A stretch of 63,773 nucleotides of DNA, the filler included, from Lenisia limosa (taxonomy: Eukaryota > Protista > Breviatea), in NCBI GenBank assembly GCA_001655205.1. It is 6 parts of 6 records of this genome, joined end to end, with 100 filler letters (N's around TTAATTAATTAA, not from the genome) between each part and the next. Parts side by side here need not be neighbours in the genome. Positions count along the whole stretch, not along the records: positions 1 to 22,340 come from LPNZ01008243.1; 5 more parts are not named here. One strand, 5' to 3'. Positions 10,834 to 22,440 of this stretch are shown piece after piece (the first letter of the stretch is position 1; each line of letters opens with the position of its first letter). Under the pieces are notes generated by a model. It did not search any database. It was given only the letters and a program-made list of their open reading frames with translations, and had not been told where the DNA came from. A program made the translations under genes and the position numbers.

Positions 10834-13150
10834 TTAGGTATTGGCTCTTGTAATAATAATGTACATTATTAATATGTATCCTTCAATGAAATCAAAACTA
10901 GCGACGTAATACAGAGTATAATACAAAATATCAAAAGGCAACCATCATCATTTAGTATTTACCCTCTTCCTGATTCGCGTTTCCTGGGAAGTAAAAAAAG
11001 AAAAACGCAATAACGGCATACTTAATTAAACCAGGGAGTCGCCTTCTCCTTGCGTTGATAAACCAGTTACTAATGGGTTAAAGCGTTCAATATTCAACCG
11101 AAATAATCTGAACCCATACCCCCAATCGCACCTCAATTGGGATTGAGATAATTGTGTCAGTGCTAATAGCTTATCTTTCTATAAAGTTAACAGCAAGTGT
11201 GATCAAACGCAACAGTCCTTCTCCAAGGCAACCCACCTCCTCATTTGACGGGTATGGGTTGTCAATGTTCTCTTCAAGCCATCTCAGCAGCAGTGCTGAG
11301 GCCTTGGCTGGGATCTTCTGTCGTGGCTTCTTCGCTATCAACCTCTGCTCTGCTTCATGAAGTTCGGTACCGACCTAAGTGATCAAACGGAAGCCAAAGA
11401 GCAACACAGAGGTTACCAAAAGACATATGGATTTCAAAGGGAAGGAGGTAACACCAACTTTTCTCTTGAGATGCTGCTTGATGACTTCGTTATTCTCTTG
11501 AAGTTCTCCAACTGCCTTGATTCTGAGATTTCCTGGAGAAATTATTGTTGAATAATCAAAACAAAAAAAGTATAAAGATATTATCTTTGTCAAGTCCGGA
11601 CTATTTTAATTGCGAAATTTATTTGCGAACCTCCTTTTTGCGAATCAGCCGCCGCCCCGTTCCCTTGCACAACCACCTCTTTTGGTTTTTTTTTATTTTT
11701 GGAAGAAAGATATTAGATTGATATTAGAAGGAAGAAGAGAAGACGAGAAATAAAGCCACTGTTAAGCCAGTGATATCGGCTGGAGAAGATGAAGTACAGC
11801 CAAATGGATAAGTAGTGGAATAAAGTTGTTTTCTCGTTTCAGAGTCATATTTCCACCGTTTTTTAAAATAAAAACGTCATTGCATAGCTGATATTTGTCG
11901 TTTTTAGGATTTTCGCCTTGACTTATAGTAGGAAATAAAAAATCCGTATTTTTGGGCACTAAAAACACACGTTTTCACTTTTTGCCCCTGATATCAGCAT
12001 ATACACTTAGTACTTAGTTGGACCAGAGTAAAGCTGTAAAACACGGCCTTTTAACAACAAATTAGTACAATTATTAAAAGGGATGAAAATTTAAAACAAT
12101 ATTTTTCAATCAAATCTACAACTTGTTTTTTAAGTCAAAAGGCGAAAATCCTAAAAACGAAGAATATCAGCTATGCAATGACGTTTTTATTTTAAAAAAT
12201 GATGGAATTAGACTCTGGAACGGAAAAAAAAAACTTTCTTCCACTACTTTTCCGTTTGACTGTATATTTGTACTGTACCTATGCTATGATGGAAACAAGG
12301 GGAGGAGTGTAAAATTATTAANNNNNNNNNNNNNNNNNNNNNNNNNNNNNNNNNNNNNNNNNNNNNNNNNNNNNNNNNNNNNNNNNNNNNNNNNNNNNNN
12401 NNNNNNNNNNNNNNNNNNNNNNNNNNNNNNNNNNNNNNNNNNAATAAGGAACAGGAGGAGGGGTTTTACAATTAAAAAGGGAGGCTCGCAAATAAAAAAT
12501 AAAGGGGATAAAAGGGAGGTTCGCAAAAAATTAAACCTGTTTCCACAATCTATGTATGATGGCTTAATTCTTTCCTTCCGACCTTCAACCTCAATTTTAG
12601 CCATCAGCCCTTGACATGTCGCCATAAGTTGCGCACGGGAATTCACAATTAACTCTGCTTGTTGAAGATAAATCTTCAAAGCCTGTAAGATTAGAATCCA
12701 GAGCAGAACACTTAGTGTGTGAATTTATGCTCAATAATAAAACTGAGAGCAAGAAGCAAGGAGGAGGGGGCCAAACCAGAAGGAAGATAGTGTGTTTTGA
12801 ACGGTTTCCCAAAACTTCCACAACCTAGTGACACCTTTACCGCCTCAAAAAGAATTGTTCACTATTCCATGCCTACATCCCGCATAAAGACATCAAGATC
12901 AGGGTACTCCGTAGAAAAACGAGGAATATCTAGCTGATCAACGGGTCGAGGAAGGAGAGAATGTGCATTAACTATAATAATTAGCCGGAAATAAACTCAC
13001 AAAACACTAACCAAGGGCAGGGTCCTCCCAAGCTTCTTCAGTGAACCTCACTACATCCGCTAATGTCCCAAATAAAGGATGTTTTTCCATTAAATCATCT
13101 AACTGAAAGTCAGTTAGGTCATCTACCGTCGTCAGCTCTTCGTCAGCCAT
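10834..13150 (-). CDS. TALE-class homeodomain transcription factor with MEINOX-like and ELK-like regions (3' end approximate)
   Basis: Exons: MADEELTT...LMEKHPLFGTLADVVRFTEEAWEDPAL/DIPRFSTEYPDLDVFMRD/ALKIYLQQAELIVNSRAQLMATCQGLMAKIEVE/GNLRIKAVGELQENNEVIKQHLKRK/VGTELHEAEQRLIAKKPRQKIPAKASALLLRWLEENIDNPYPSNEE/KDKLLALTQLSQSQLS/NWFINARRRRLPG. PYP loop and WFINARRR helix 3 are present. Confidence 0.9.
11790..12275. mobile_element. Foldback/MITE-like element with ~130 bp terminal inverted repeats, in homeobox gene intron
   Basis: ~11855-11925 TTTTTTAAAATAAAAACGTCATTGCATAGCTGATATTTGTCGTTTTTAGGATTTTCGCCTTGACTT is the near-perfect reverse complement of ~12131-12200. Similarity extends out to AAGTAGTGGAA/TTCCACTACTT. 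Confidence 0.8.
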
Positions 13151-13447
13151 TGGAAAGTTTGTTGCAGCAACGTTTTGTTGTTTTTTTGCAGTTGTTTTTT
13201 GTGGTGTTGTTTTTGTGTTTGTGTTTTTGTGTTTTTTTGCCGTTTTTGGTTTTTGTTTTTTTTTGTTTCGCTGTTTTTTGCGGGCCATTGATCGTGGATC
13301 TGGGAGGGGGGGCTTGCTGGTGGGTGTGTGCGTGCTGGGAACCATGGGAACTCAACAAAACTCAATCTCAACAGAGAGAGAATTCTCTTGGAATCAGCTT
13401 GGAATTCTCAGACTCAGATACCCAGATAGAAGAAAGAAGAAAGAAAA

Positions 13448-16400
13448 ATGCAAGTCTGTGAAGCTCTTGATAAGGAATTTGTCCGAGTGGGTGGGTCAAC
13501 AAAGAAACTCCACTGAGTACACCATCCTTATGTGTCCAGGGGGAGGGGGGTACAGGAGTACAGCTGTTTTGACAGATAGTTTTGTGTTTTTGGAGGTTAC
13601 CTGCCTATTGCCTTATTCATCATTACCTTCCTTCCAGCTCCATGTTGCCAAAGAAGACTCCTTTTGGACCATGCAAATGGGGTTGACAGGAAACTCTGAG
13701 GAGGAGACAAAGGACTATGCAGAAAAGGTAGGAGATAATTCAAACTGACAACTTATTTTTGCAGAAAAATGAATGGTCTCTGTTTATGGGCTCAGCTAAG
13801 CATCTGAAGACTTGCCAGAATGCTCTTGCTGAGGTGAGTGTAGACATGACTTTACCATTGAAGCTTGACGACAATACACCCGATGAAGTTAAGGCGTCTC
13901 TCGAGAACTGGGTTCGGACATTCAATGTCAACGCTCTGCATGATGAGGAGGCTCAGAAGGTCAACAAGCAAGTGTTAGACCTTGAGGTCGGAGAGTGTTG
14001 AGAAATAACTACTGCAGCGTTCATAATCAGTAATTTCTTTAGGCTACTATTACTGCTGCTCGTACCAACATGAAACTTGGTTACATTGATCCCAAATCAG
14101 GGGAATTCGTATGTGGGGTGTGGACCAACCCAATAAGCCAGAAGCATTCCTCTCTGAATGGACAAAGAACTAAATTACATTAGGTTGAAGCTTCTTCCCT
14201 CAAGCTCTCTCACCTCATTACTAACAAGTTGGATGGGTCGTATGACTTCCCGAACAATGTACCTTACTTCTCTCATGAAAATAGTGACGATGAGGGAATC
14301 CGTAAAGCTGCTTGGGAGGGACTTCGTTCTATTGAGAAGTGTGTAATGGATGCCGGGTACGCTGATCTCGTTATTTTGAGAAACAAGTTGGCTAGAACTT
14401 GCGGCTATAAAAACTACTTCGAAATGAAAGTGGGAAACAGGGTGCTGTTACTTGACGTTTGATTCAAATGCCTTTTTAAAAAACCATTTAGGTTCAACAG
14501 AAGGAAGGAATGAGTGCCCAAGACGTTTTTGACCATTTTGTAAGCTCTTAGAAAACTCAATTGTTATATTTTTATTTTGAAGTTACAATATGGCGAATTT
14601 TGATCATCTTCACATATTTTTTCTACGCTATGGAAGTTTCTGAATAATATTGTATTTTGTTCAAAAACATCCGAAATGAATTTTTTTATTGGTGGGTTTC
14701 AAACAGTTCTTGAAATTAATTTCGTAAAAATACAATTTATTATTTTGACCTCAATAGGATGTTCTCGAGAATCGCACTCGCGAAAGAGCAAAAGAAAATA
14801 TTGCTGGACTCAAGCATAGTGAATGTTCTGGTTTGCTATTTCCCTGAGTAACTTTCCAGTGAAACCATGGAATGTTCGGTACATGAGTTCTGGAAGTATC
14901 AGCAAGGAAATAGAACCCTATTACAGATTTGAAACCTCTCTTGAAACATGGATCAGCACTTTCGGTCGCATGGGTGTGGAGTATGATGGGCGCCTAATAT
15001 GAAAAATTACTCAAGACTCAAGGAACACTTTAGAACATTGTATTACGTAGTATATGACATTCTAGCTACTGCAAGTCATCAAACACATTGGATCTGGTTG
15101 ACCGCCCTGGAAAGTACGAGAACGGCTTCTGTCATGGACCAAAGGTTTTGGATGGACTTGTGTGATCATTTCCAGGTTTCATACACTGATATTCAAACTG
15201 GTGAACACTACCCGGCCAAAACGAACTGTTGGTTTCGCACTTACCTTGTTGAGTTAATTTTCAGTTGCAACCAACGCCAATCCGGGAGTTCTGGGATCCG
15301 GCATCAACACTATTCGGGTTCTTCTTCACGAAGGAGGTAAGGCAGATATCATTTCAGGATTCCTTTTTCATATCACACCCTTCTCTGTTTGTTACCATTA
15401 ATAACGGCTTTAGGGCATGCTGCCCACTTTGCGGGGTGCAATATGCCCTCTCCGTCCTATTGTCACGAGTTCGAGCCAACTTCTACCTCATTTGCGGAGA
15501 CCCACTCTATGTTCCTTGAGAGTGTGATGAGAGATGGCGACTGGAATGTTTGTGGGAACCTCTCGTGATGTTGATACGCGTGCCACTTACGTTCTCAGTA
15601 TCATTACGCTCGTAACAAGGAAGGACACTCTATTCCGCTTGACCTCCTTGCAAAGAAGGCTAGAATTTCACAAGGACTGGGTTAGAAATTGCTACTTTGT
15701 TTTGACCTTACTTTCAGCTTCTTTCAGCCTCCGTTGTATGATTTGTATCCCTGTTTGTGAGTACAAACTCTACCTCATGTCCGATTCCGAATTGAAGAAC
15801 CACGATCTTGTTATGGACACTATCAGAAAAACGGAGACACTCTACAGCCAAATGCCTGAAGGTTTGTTATCTTTACTGCACTGATATAACTGCCCTGAAG
15901 GAGCTTCCAGACCGTTTCTCTCCATCCCACATCCTCTGGTTTCAGAATCAGCTGCCTATTACCAAGTTAGTCAAGGGGTTACTGTTCATATTCTCATAAC
16001 ATTTGTGATTATTATAGTCCTACATTCTTGCTGAAATGGCTGTTGAACAAACTCGAAACTATTTCCTGAAGCGTGATGGATACCTTGTGGGTTGTTAGAA
16101 AGTTGTTTTATTGTCTTTCCTTCAGTGCAATAACACTTCAATTGGAGGTGATGTGCGCAAAGCTTACTATGTACCTGGCAACTCTAAAACGTTCAATCAA
16201 TACATCAAGGATCTCACTGGTTTGGTTGTCACCTCTTCATCATTGTTTATTGATCAAGGTGAAGATCTCTCCCCAATTCCCCTTGCGGACTTCAGTGCCA
16301 TGTCAGCGGACGACCGTGTGGAAGAGGTTTGAGACTTTTGTGTTTTCACCTCTTTAGATCAAGGCATCATACAACCAAGCTGCATCCAAAGCTCAAAAAC

Positions 16401-16558
16401 GTAAGTTGATGTTTTAGCAAAGTCATGTTTCAGTTACACCTTTGTCTGAGATTCGTTTGAATGGAGAGATCCAAATTGTCTCCGGAAACGAAGAAATTTG
16501 TCACGCTGCTGTGGATGAGAATCCTGAAGAGCTCTGCAGACTCTTTAAAGTGAGATAA
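13448..16558 (+). CDS. M3-family zinc metallopeptidase (oligopeptidase)
   Basis: An intron-split motif LLHEG/GHAAHFAGCNMPSPSYCHEFEPTSTSFAETHSMFLES gives HExxH plus a downstream Glu ligand. N-terminal LHVAKEDSFWTMQMG; also RNKLARTCGYKNYFEMKV and DPASYRF-like exons; stop TAA at 16556-16558. Confidence 0.88.
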
Positions 16559-16655
16559 GCGGAGAATTTCAGATCAATGAATTAGTTCGACAGACCAAGA
16601 AGAAGAAAAAGTACATTTGATAAAACATCCACTTCTTTATTCAGTTCTCATTTAT

Positions 16656-17112
16656 TTAGGAATGGGGAGAGAAGTTGATTGCGGAGGGAGCTTTGAAGGA
16701 GTCAATCAAGCACTAAATACCAATGTATTACTTGTTTATTATAATCTATCACTAAATAATAAATATTATCTTTCCACCTTGGCCAAAAATACAATAAAAA
16801 TTGAAATCAAGGAAGTCCAATTTTGAAATATTTCTCAATGAATGATATAACACTGCATCCAATAATTCAATAGTACGACTTGAAAAACTAAGCAATAAGC
16901 GTGATCCTGGTTTTTCTCTCATAGAACTTGCCTTTTTGGGAACAAACTGCATTCTTTCTTCAGCGCCACCATTATAGCTTGCATTCGATCGGATCATAAT
17001 CCCTAAATAATATTAGTGTATATTATAGTGAAATTACCCCATAGAATAGGTGAATAACAGGCCTCTTTCAATCTTTTTTTTTGTTACCTTGCCCTTCCTT
17101 ATCCTTCTCCAT
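16656..17112 (-). CDS. Small multi-exon hypothetical protein
   Basis: Splice-compatible short exons MEKDKEGQ/EACYSPILW/GIMIRSNASYNGGAEERMQFVPKK (needs a GC donor), plus later exons. No family recognised. Confidence 0.3.
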
Positions 17113-17168
17113 TCAATCTTTCCGTGTATTATTTATTTGTCCTTGATTTCACGAGTTCTAACCTCGCA

Positions 17169-19842
17169 ATGAAGCCTCTCGATGACGTTCGCATTATGAT
17201 TGATGACGTTTCATTTGTTGTGAATAGGTGAGAAAGCCGCTCTTTTGCTGTATCATAGTTTAGGCGGTTACTCATGCTGAGTCCCTTTTTTGAAAATTTG
17301 CTCAATACTCCCAATGTAAGTTTCAAAAGTCTGATGATATAGCCTCCACGATTTATCGATTTAACCATTGCAATTGGGCAATATGGAGGAGTTGAAGCGC
17401 TTCAGGTAAGTATGAGTACCAATGATGTTCAGGGGGTTCTGGACTATTTGAGGGGAGAACAAGCCTTTGAGTCAGATTCTGAGCCCGATGAAGCTTTGGA
17501 TGATATTAGCTTCAATATTCCTGGTGGGCTAAGAATCTACATGTTTCAAATGGTATCGCCAGGATTACGACTTTAGGCCCTATTTCGGCAACTCTAATGA
17601 AAGCCAATTGTCCAAATGGTCTCAAGCTATTCAATTTTATGCATATCTCTCATGTATATTCCTTATATTATGTTCATTTTGTAGTTGTTAGAACTTCATC
17701 AGCTTGAAGATTCAATTAAACATGATATCATTTCAAGGTGAGGTCAGTTTGTCGTTATTACTTCAGTCGTAATTTACATGAAACAATAACAGCTTTTTTG
17801 GCAGCGTACACAAACAAAAGCCCATGTAAAGATGCACTCTTTGATGTTTGGTTTCATGTCTTCTGACTGCTTCAGATTATGATGGCCAAATTCACTGGTG
17901 GATATTCCATAAATTATTTTTTTAATAAACTAATTCCTGGCGGTGCCACTATTGTTTTGGAATCCATTCTCAAGCAGGGTTCCGAATTTAAGTTGGTGTA
18001 CTGATTAAAATTATTAGCTCTCAGGTCGCTGGTCACCAATCTGGCATTTGGTTTCATCACTGAACATTGGGAGTCACCAGTATCTGTGTATCCTGCTTCT
18101 GAGTTATTGGACATTTTGACAGCTTTTATTATTGAGGTGTGATATTTTCCCCTTTGCTTATTTTTAGCCAAGTGATAAGATGCTTTTATCCCTCCCATTT
18201 ATTACTGCTTCTTTATTAGCGTCATTCGGACTAGAACAGCGACAAGTCAACAAGGTCAAGAAAACTGTTGTGGTTAGTGGAAGGATCTCCAAGGAAGTTA
18301 AAGAGCTGATCTATTCAGCGACCTCGACTCTCTATGGAAGAATCTCTGGAAGATGATTTGGCAGCTGAGGTGACCCCTCAGAAAGATCCTTTTGGCCAAG
18401 TTTGCTTGTCACCTTCAAATGTTTATTTTTTAGGTTATGGACTGGTGTGATCAAATATATCCCATTGGTTTGTTCTCCAAGTTCCAATTGATAACGGATA
18501 AACAGAGAGCCATGAAGTCTATCTCGCCTATTCATTTGGATACGTTTTGCCCCTTCCTCGCTCGGCCCATAACACTGCCCGACATGATGAGGTGGAATAT
18601 TGAGATTATAACATTCCAGGTTCATATTAAGGGTACTGTTTTTCATCCAACCCAAAACAGCCCTGCAATAATGGACTCCTCTTTTGACCAACCTCCAACA
18701 CAGACACAGAAAAAGGTTCCTGATCTCTCATGCCTTTACTTACAAAGCAGGCTCCAGTGACACAGATGGTTAACTCTCTTTTTAGCTACGATCCTGAAAA
18801 GGTAGCTTTTGATAAATGCTAATCTTTAGATTCCTTCTTTGTTTTCAGCTGAAACTGTTCCCCAAATACCAGTAAATATATATTTCTCATCACATTCTTG
18901 TAGACTACCACTGTGGAAGGAAGAATTAACAATGCCCTTCACTTTCTAGCAATCAATAAGGTGAGAAATAGAATTACCACACTTAATCCACAGACATGGT
19001 CTGGTGTTAGTGATGACAAAAACCTTCCATATACCAATCCAATGGTCAGGCTGAAGCTACTTGAAATGTTCACGGGATGGTTTGGAGTTTCAGCTCTTAA
19101 CTATTAGTCGTTCTGCTGCTCACCCAATCTTAAAAACAAAGGCTGCAATGATTGGTAAGTTGTGATATTGCTGACGACTTGAAGGAATGGAACTGGCGTT
19201 TTGCAAACTAGTTTCTGAAAACACTCGAATTGAAAGCTTTTATATGATGCCTGAGGTATTCCCACACAACACTCATCTCAAAGGAATCAATGATGTTGTT
19301 TCTTCTCAACCCCATGTTTTCCGAGTCTACACTTGCATCATTGACACTCCAGTATATTGCAAAGGAGGTGAGAAATTCAATTGTCATTGTTCAGAGCCCC
19401 TATGACCAAGATACCTTCCTGAGTCTCATCGATTTCAATGATGTTGATATCCCCAGCATCTACACTGAAAAGTTTGTTCACTGCTCGTTAATAATTCAGT
19501 TCTCCTGAGTATAACGAGGCTATTGAAGCTCTAGATGATTATCTTAGTGCACGAAGTTCTGATATGTGAGTACTAAATAGTTTTCCATTTTAAAAAGACA
19601 ATGTAACTCCGACATTAACCATTTAGTGGGCATGTTGGAAGACCTTATCCTGGTAAGTTTATTGAAAACTGACTCTGTAGTTGGAGATTGTGCCCTCTTG
19701 TTTGGCGATGCTTAATCTTGTTTCTTATTATTCCTATCTGATACACAAAAACGAGACCCACCACCTACCTATGTTAACTCCAAGAATGCAGGATCAATCG
19801 AACACACCCGTCGCTCCAAGTCTAAGAAATTAGAATTTTGAA
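17169..19842 (+). CDS. BTB/POZ-domain protein with unrecognised C-terminal region
   Basis: MKPLDDVRIMIDDVSFVVNR/RLLMLSPFFENLLNTPN...GVLDYLRG...LFNFMHISH/LLELHQLEDSI follows the BTB consensus (D-V-x-hydrophobic...SPxFxxh...hhxYh). Many further exons run to ~19840. Confidence 0.6.
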
Positions 19843-19860
19843 AATCCTCAACCTATCATC

Positions 19861-22080
19861 ATGAAACACGAGATAGTCCCAACCTCCCTTCCTCCTAGAC
19901 TGGTGGGTGTCACCTGCGAAATCTGCTCTACTGCTCTCCACATACACATACACATAATTACCTCTCCAACAGTCCCCCCCCCCCCNNNNNNNNNNNNNNN
20001 NNNNNNNNNNNNNNNNNNNNNNNNNNNNNNNNNNNNNNTCAGAATTTGCCGCCTCAAAAGGTGGAACCTCATATTACACTGGTACAATTGAATTGGTTAA
20101 TCTCCCACATTTTTCATTTCAACTCCTTTTTGGCTTCTGATCCTCTATGCGAGTTGTTTTGTACCAACGTTTAAAGATAACATAAAATAGCCATAACAAG
20201 TTGCCATCAGGAGTCTTATTAAAGTTTATTACTCATGACTGGGGCGATGAACCGCGTGCATCGGCGAAGATCCTACTCAAAACCTTCAAATACAAGACAG
20301 AATTCTTCCCATACCGTAGGAATCTGGAGCTTTTACCTTGTGACTTTTTTGGTGAATCATTTTTTCAGGCCACTTCGTCTTCTGATCCCTTCAATTATGA
20401 CAAATCATCCATTCAGTCTGAACTCATTGGACTAACTGTGAGTTTCGGGGTTTTGTGATAGACTGTTCATTGAAAATGTTTGCCCCATTGATTCTATTTG
20501 TGAGTTTAAGATCTTTTACTGAGTTTGTAACTGTTAATGGAGTGTTTTAATCATTTTATGCACTCCCACTTTTGGCCATTGTTTCAATGACCGTTTCTAG
20601 ATCGCCTTCTCGACTCATCTTCCGTCGGGATATTACATTTATTCTTATATTTTTCTATTCATCACACTGTATTGCGAAATCAGTCCTTCTCCGGACATTC
20701 CATTCACAGCTTTCCAGAGTCGCCCTTCGTACAATGACCCAACATATCAAATAGCACACCCTTCAGATACAGTAAGTTGGGAAATGCACGCAAATGTCAA
20801 TTTTGATGGGGTTTTTTTCTCCTAATATTTTGCCAATTTTCATTCTTTCAGCTGGTGGACCCAACCGCAAAGTTCGACATCTTCCAGCTTCCTACATCGG
20901 TCGACACATCTGTTGCACATCATGCCACCTTTCGACCGGTGTCTCCTTCAAGTCTCAGCGATAGCGCCTCGAGCCTTGGGTCACACTCCTCACTTGTCTT
21001 TGATGACCTTGACAGCAGTGGTGATTTGAGGTTGATTTCCATCCTGAAGCCCTCTAACCGCCCATTGGAGGTCAAAGAAATTCCCCCGACTGCGCCAATG
21101 TCACCACCAATGGTACGTCCATATATAACGTGACATGTATAGAGGAGAGATCGGCTCAGTGAGAATATGACCCGTCGATACCGACACATATTAGCGACCG
21201 AGCTTGTATGTTGGGGTGGTATTTTTCGGCAACTTGAACACATTTTACCCTATGTCCCTCATATTCACACACAAACCCCGGTATTGAATTAACAAGAATA
21301 TTACCAATTACATTTCAGGTTACAACCCGGATTACTGTTGAAATAGACGTTGGTTGGGGTAACTATGTTGCAATACGCGGAGCACCCAAGGGCAATATTC
21401 CGCTTGTGTTCAGAACTGGCTGGGAAAACTGGAGCGTGTCATGGAAAGTGGTAAGTCTTCTTCCTTGATTTAGTATTTCCTAGATACTCACTTACCTTAC
21501 AGGGTGAACCTTTAATAAACCGAGGGCCAAGCCATTGGGTATGGATGACGAAAGCAGTAAGCTTAAGTTTAATACTTCGCTTCTAATTGTTGGGTTTAAA
21601 TAACATTTCAGATCCCAGCTGGAGAAATTGCTGATATCAAAATTCTTGTGAACGATTCCATTTGGCAGGTTTGTGATCTTCTTCTTCTTTTTTTTTTTTT
21701 TTTTTNNNNNNNNNNNNNNNNNNNNNNNNNNNNNNNNNNNNNNNNNNNNNNNNNNNNNNNNNNNNNNNNNNNNNNNNNNNNNNNNNNNNNNNNNNNNNNN
21801 NNNNNNNNNNGATAACATCCGTGTGAAGGGTGGTGATGACATAACGATCAAGCCAAAATTTGATACACTGCCACCTCCTCGCCACCATCATCCGGACCAT
21901 CCTGGTCCAAGCTCTTCCCCAGTTTTCTTCTGTGCGTCTTCTTCGCTTCCCGGTACGCTATTATCATATCCTTTTTGTTAATGGCCTTCGATTTTGACTT
22001 GTTTAGAGCTCCCAATGCTTATGGATGATATGCTCAGTCCAACATCCCCCGAAACTCCACCGCTATCTGAGGACATATAG
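19861..22080 (+). CDS. Putative glycogen/starch-binding protein with a C-terminal CBM20-like module and Ser/Pro-rich linker
   Basis: Exons VTTRITVEIDVGWGNYVAIRG...WENWSVSWKV/GEPLINRGPSHWVWMTKA/IPAGEIADIKILVNDSIWQ/[gap]DNIRVKGGDDITIKPKF. An upstream HLPSGYYIYSY is weakly CBM48-like. Confidence 0.65.
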
Positions 22081-22340
22081 GTTTTTATCTCCATTGTTTA
22101 CTTTTTTTTTCATCTATCATTCCATATTCTTTTCTTGGTTGTTTTTTACTGTTTCTTCTCTAGTGGTATTATCCTTTTTACGCAACATGTTGACCTAAGT
22201 TAATGTATTTTACTATTTATTCAAAGTGAAGTTCTAACATTCAACTCTTGGTGGAGGTGTTTTTGGATGAATGAACAATTCAATTCAGACAGATATTTCT
22301 GAATAAGTTTGACAATTTTTTACTGTTTTCCATTTTATTA

Positions 22341-22440
22341 NNNNNNNNNNNNNNNNNNNNNNNNNNNNNNNNNNNNNNNNNNNNTTAATTAATTAANNNN
22401 NNNNNNNNNNNNNNNNNNNNNNNNNNNNNNNNNNNNNNNN
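22341..22440. other. Artificial contig linker N44-TTAATTAATTAA-N44 (also at ~36379, ~46942, ~51782, ~57819)
   Basis: The same 12-mer, with stops in all six frames and flanked by N runs, occurs five times. Genes are truncated on either side. Confidence 0.97.
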
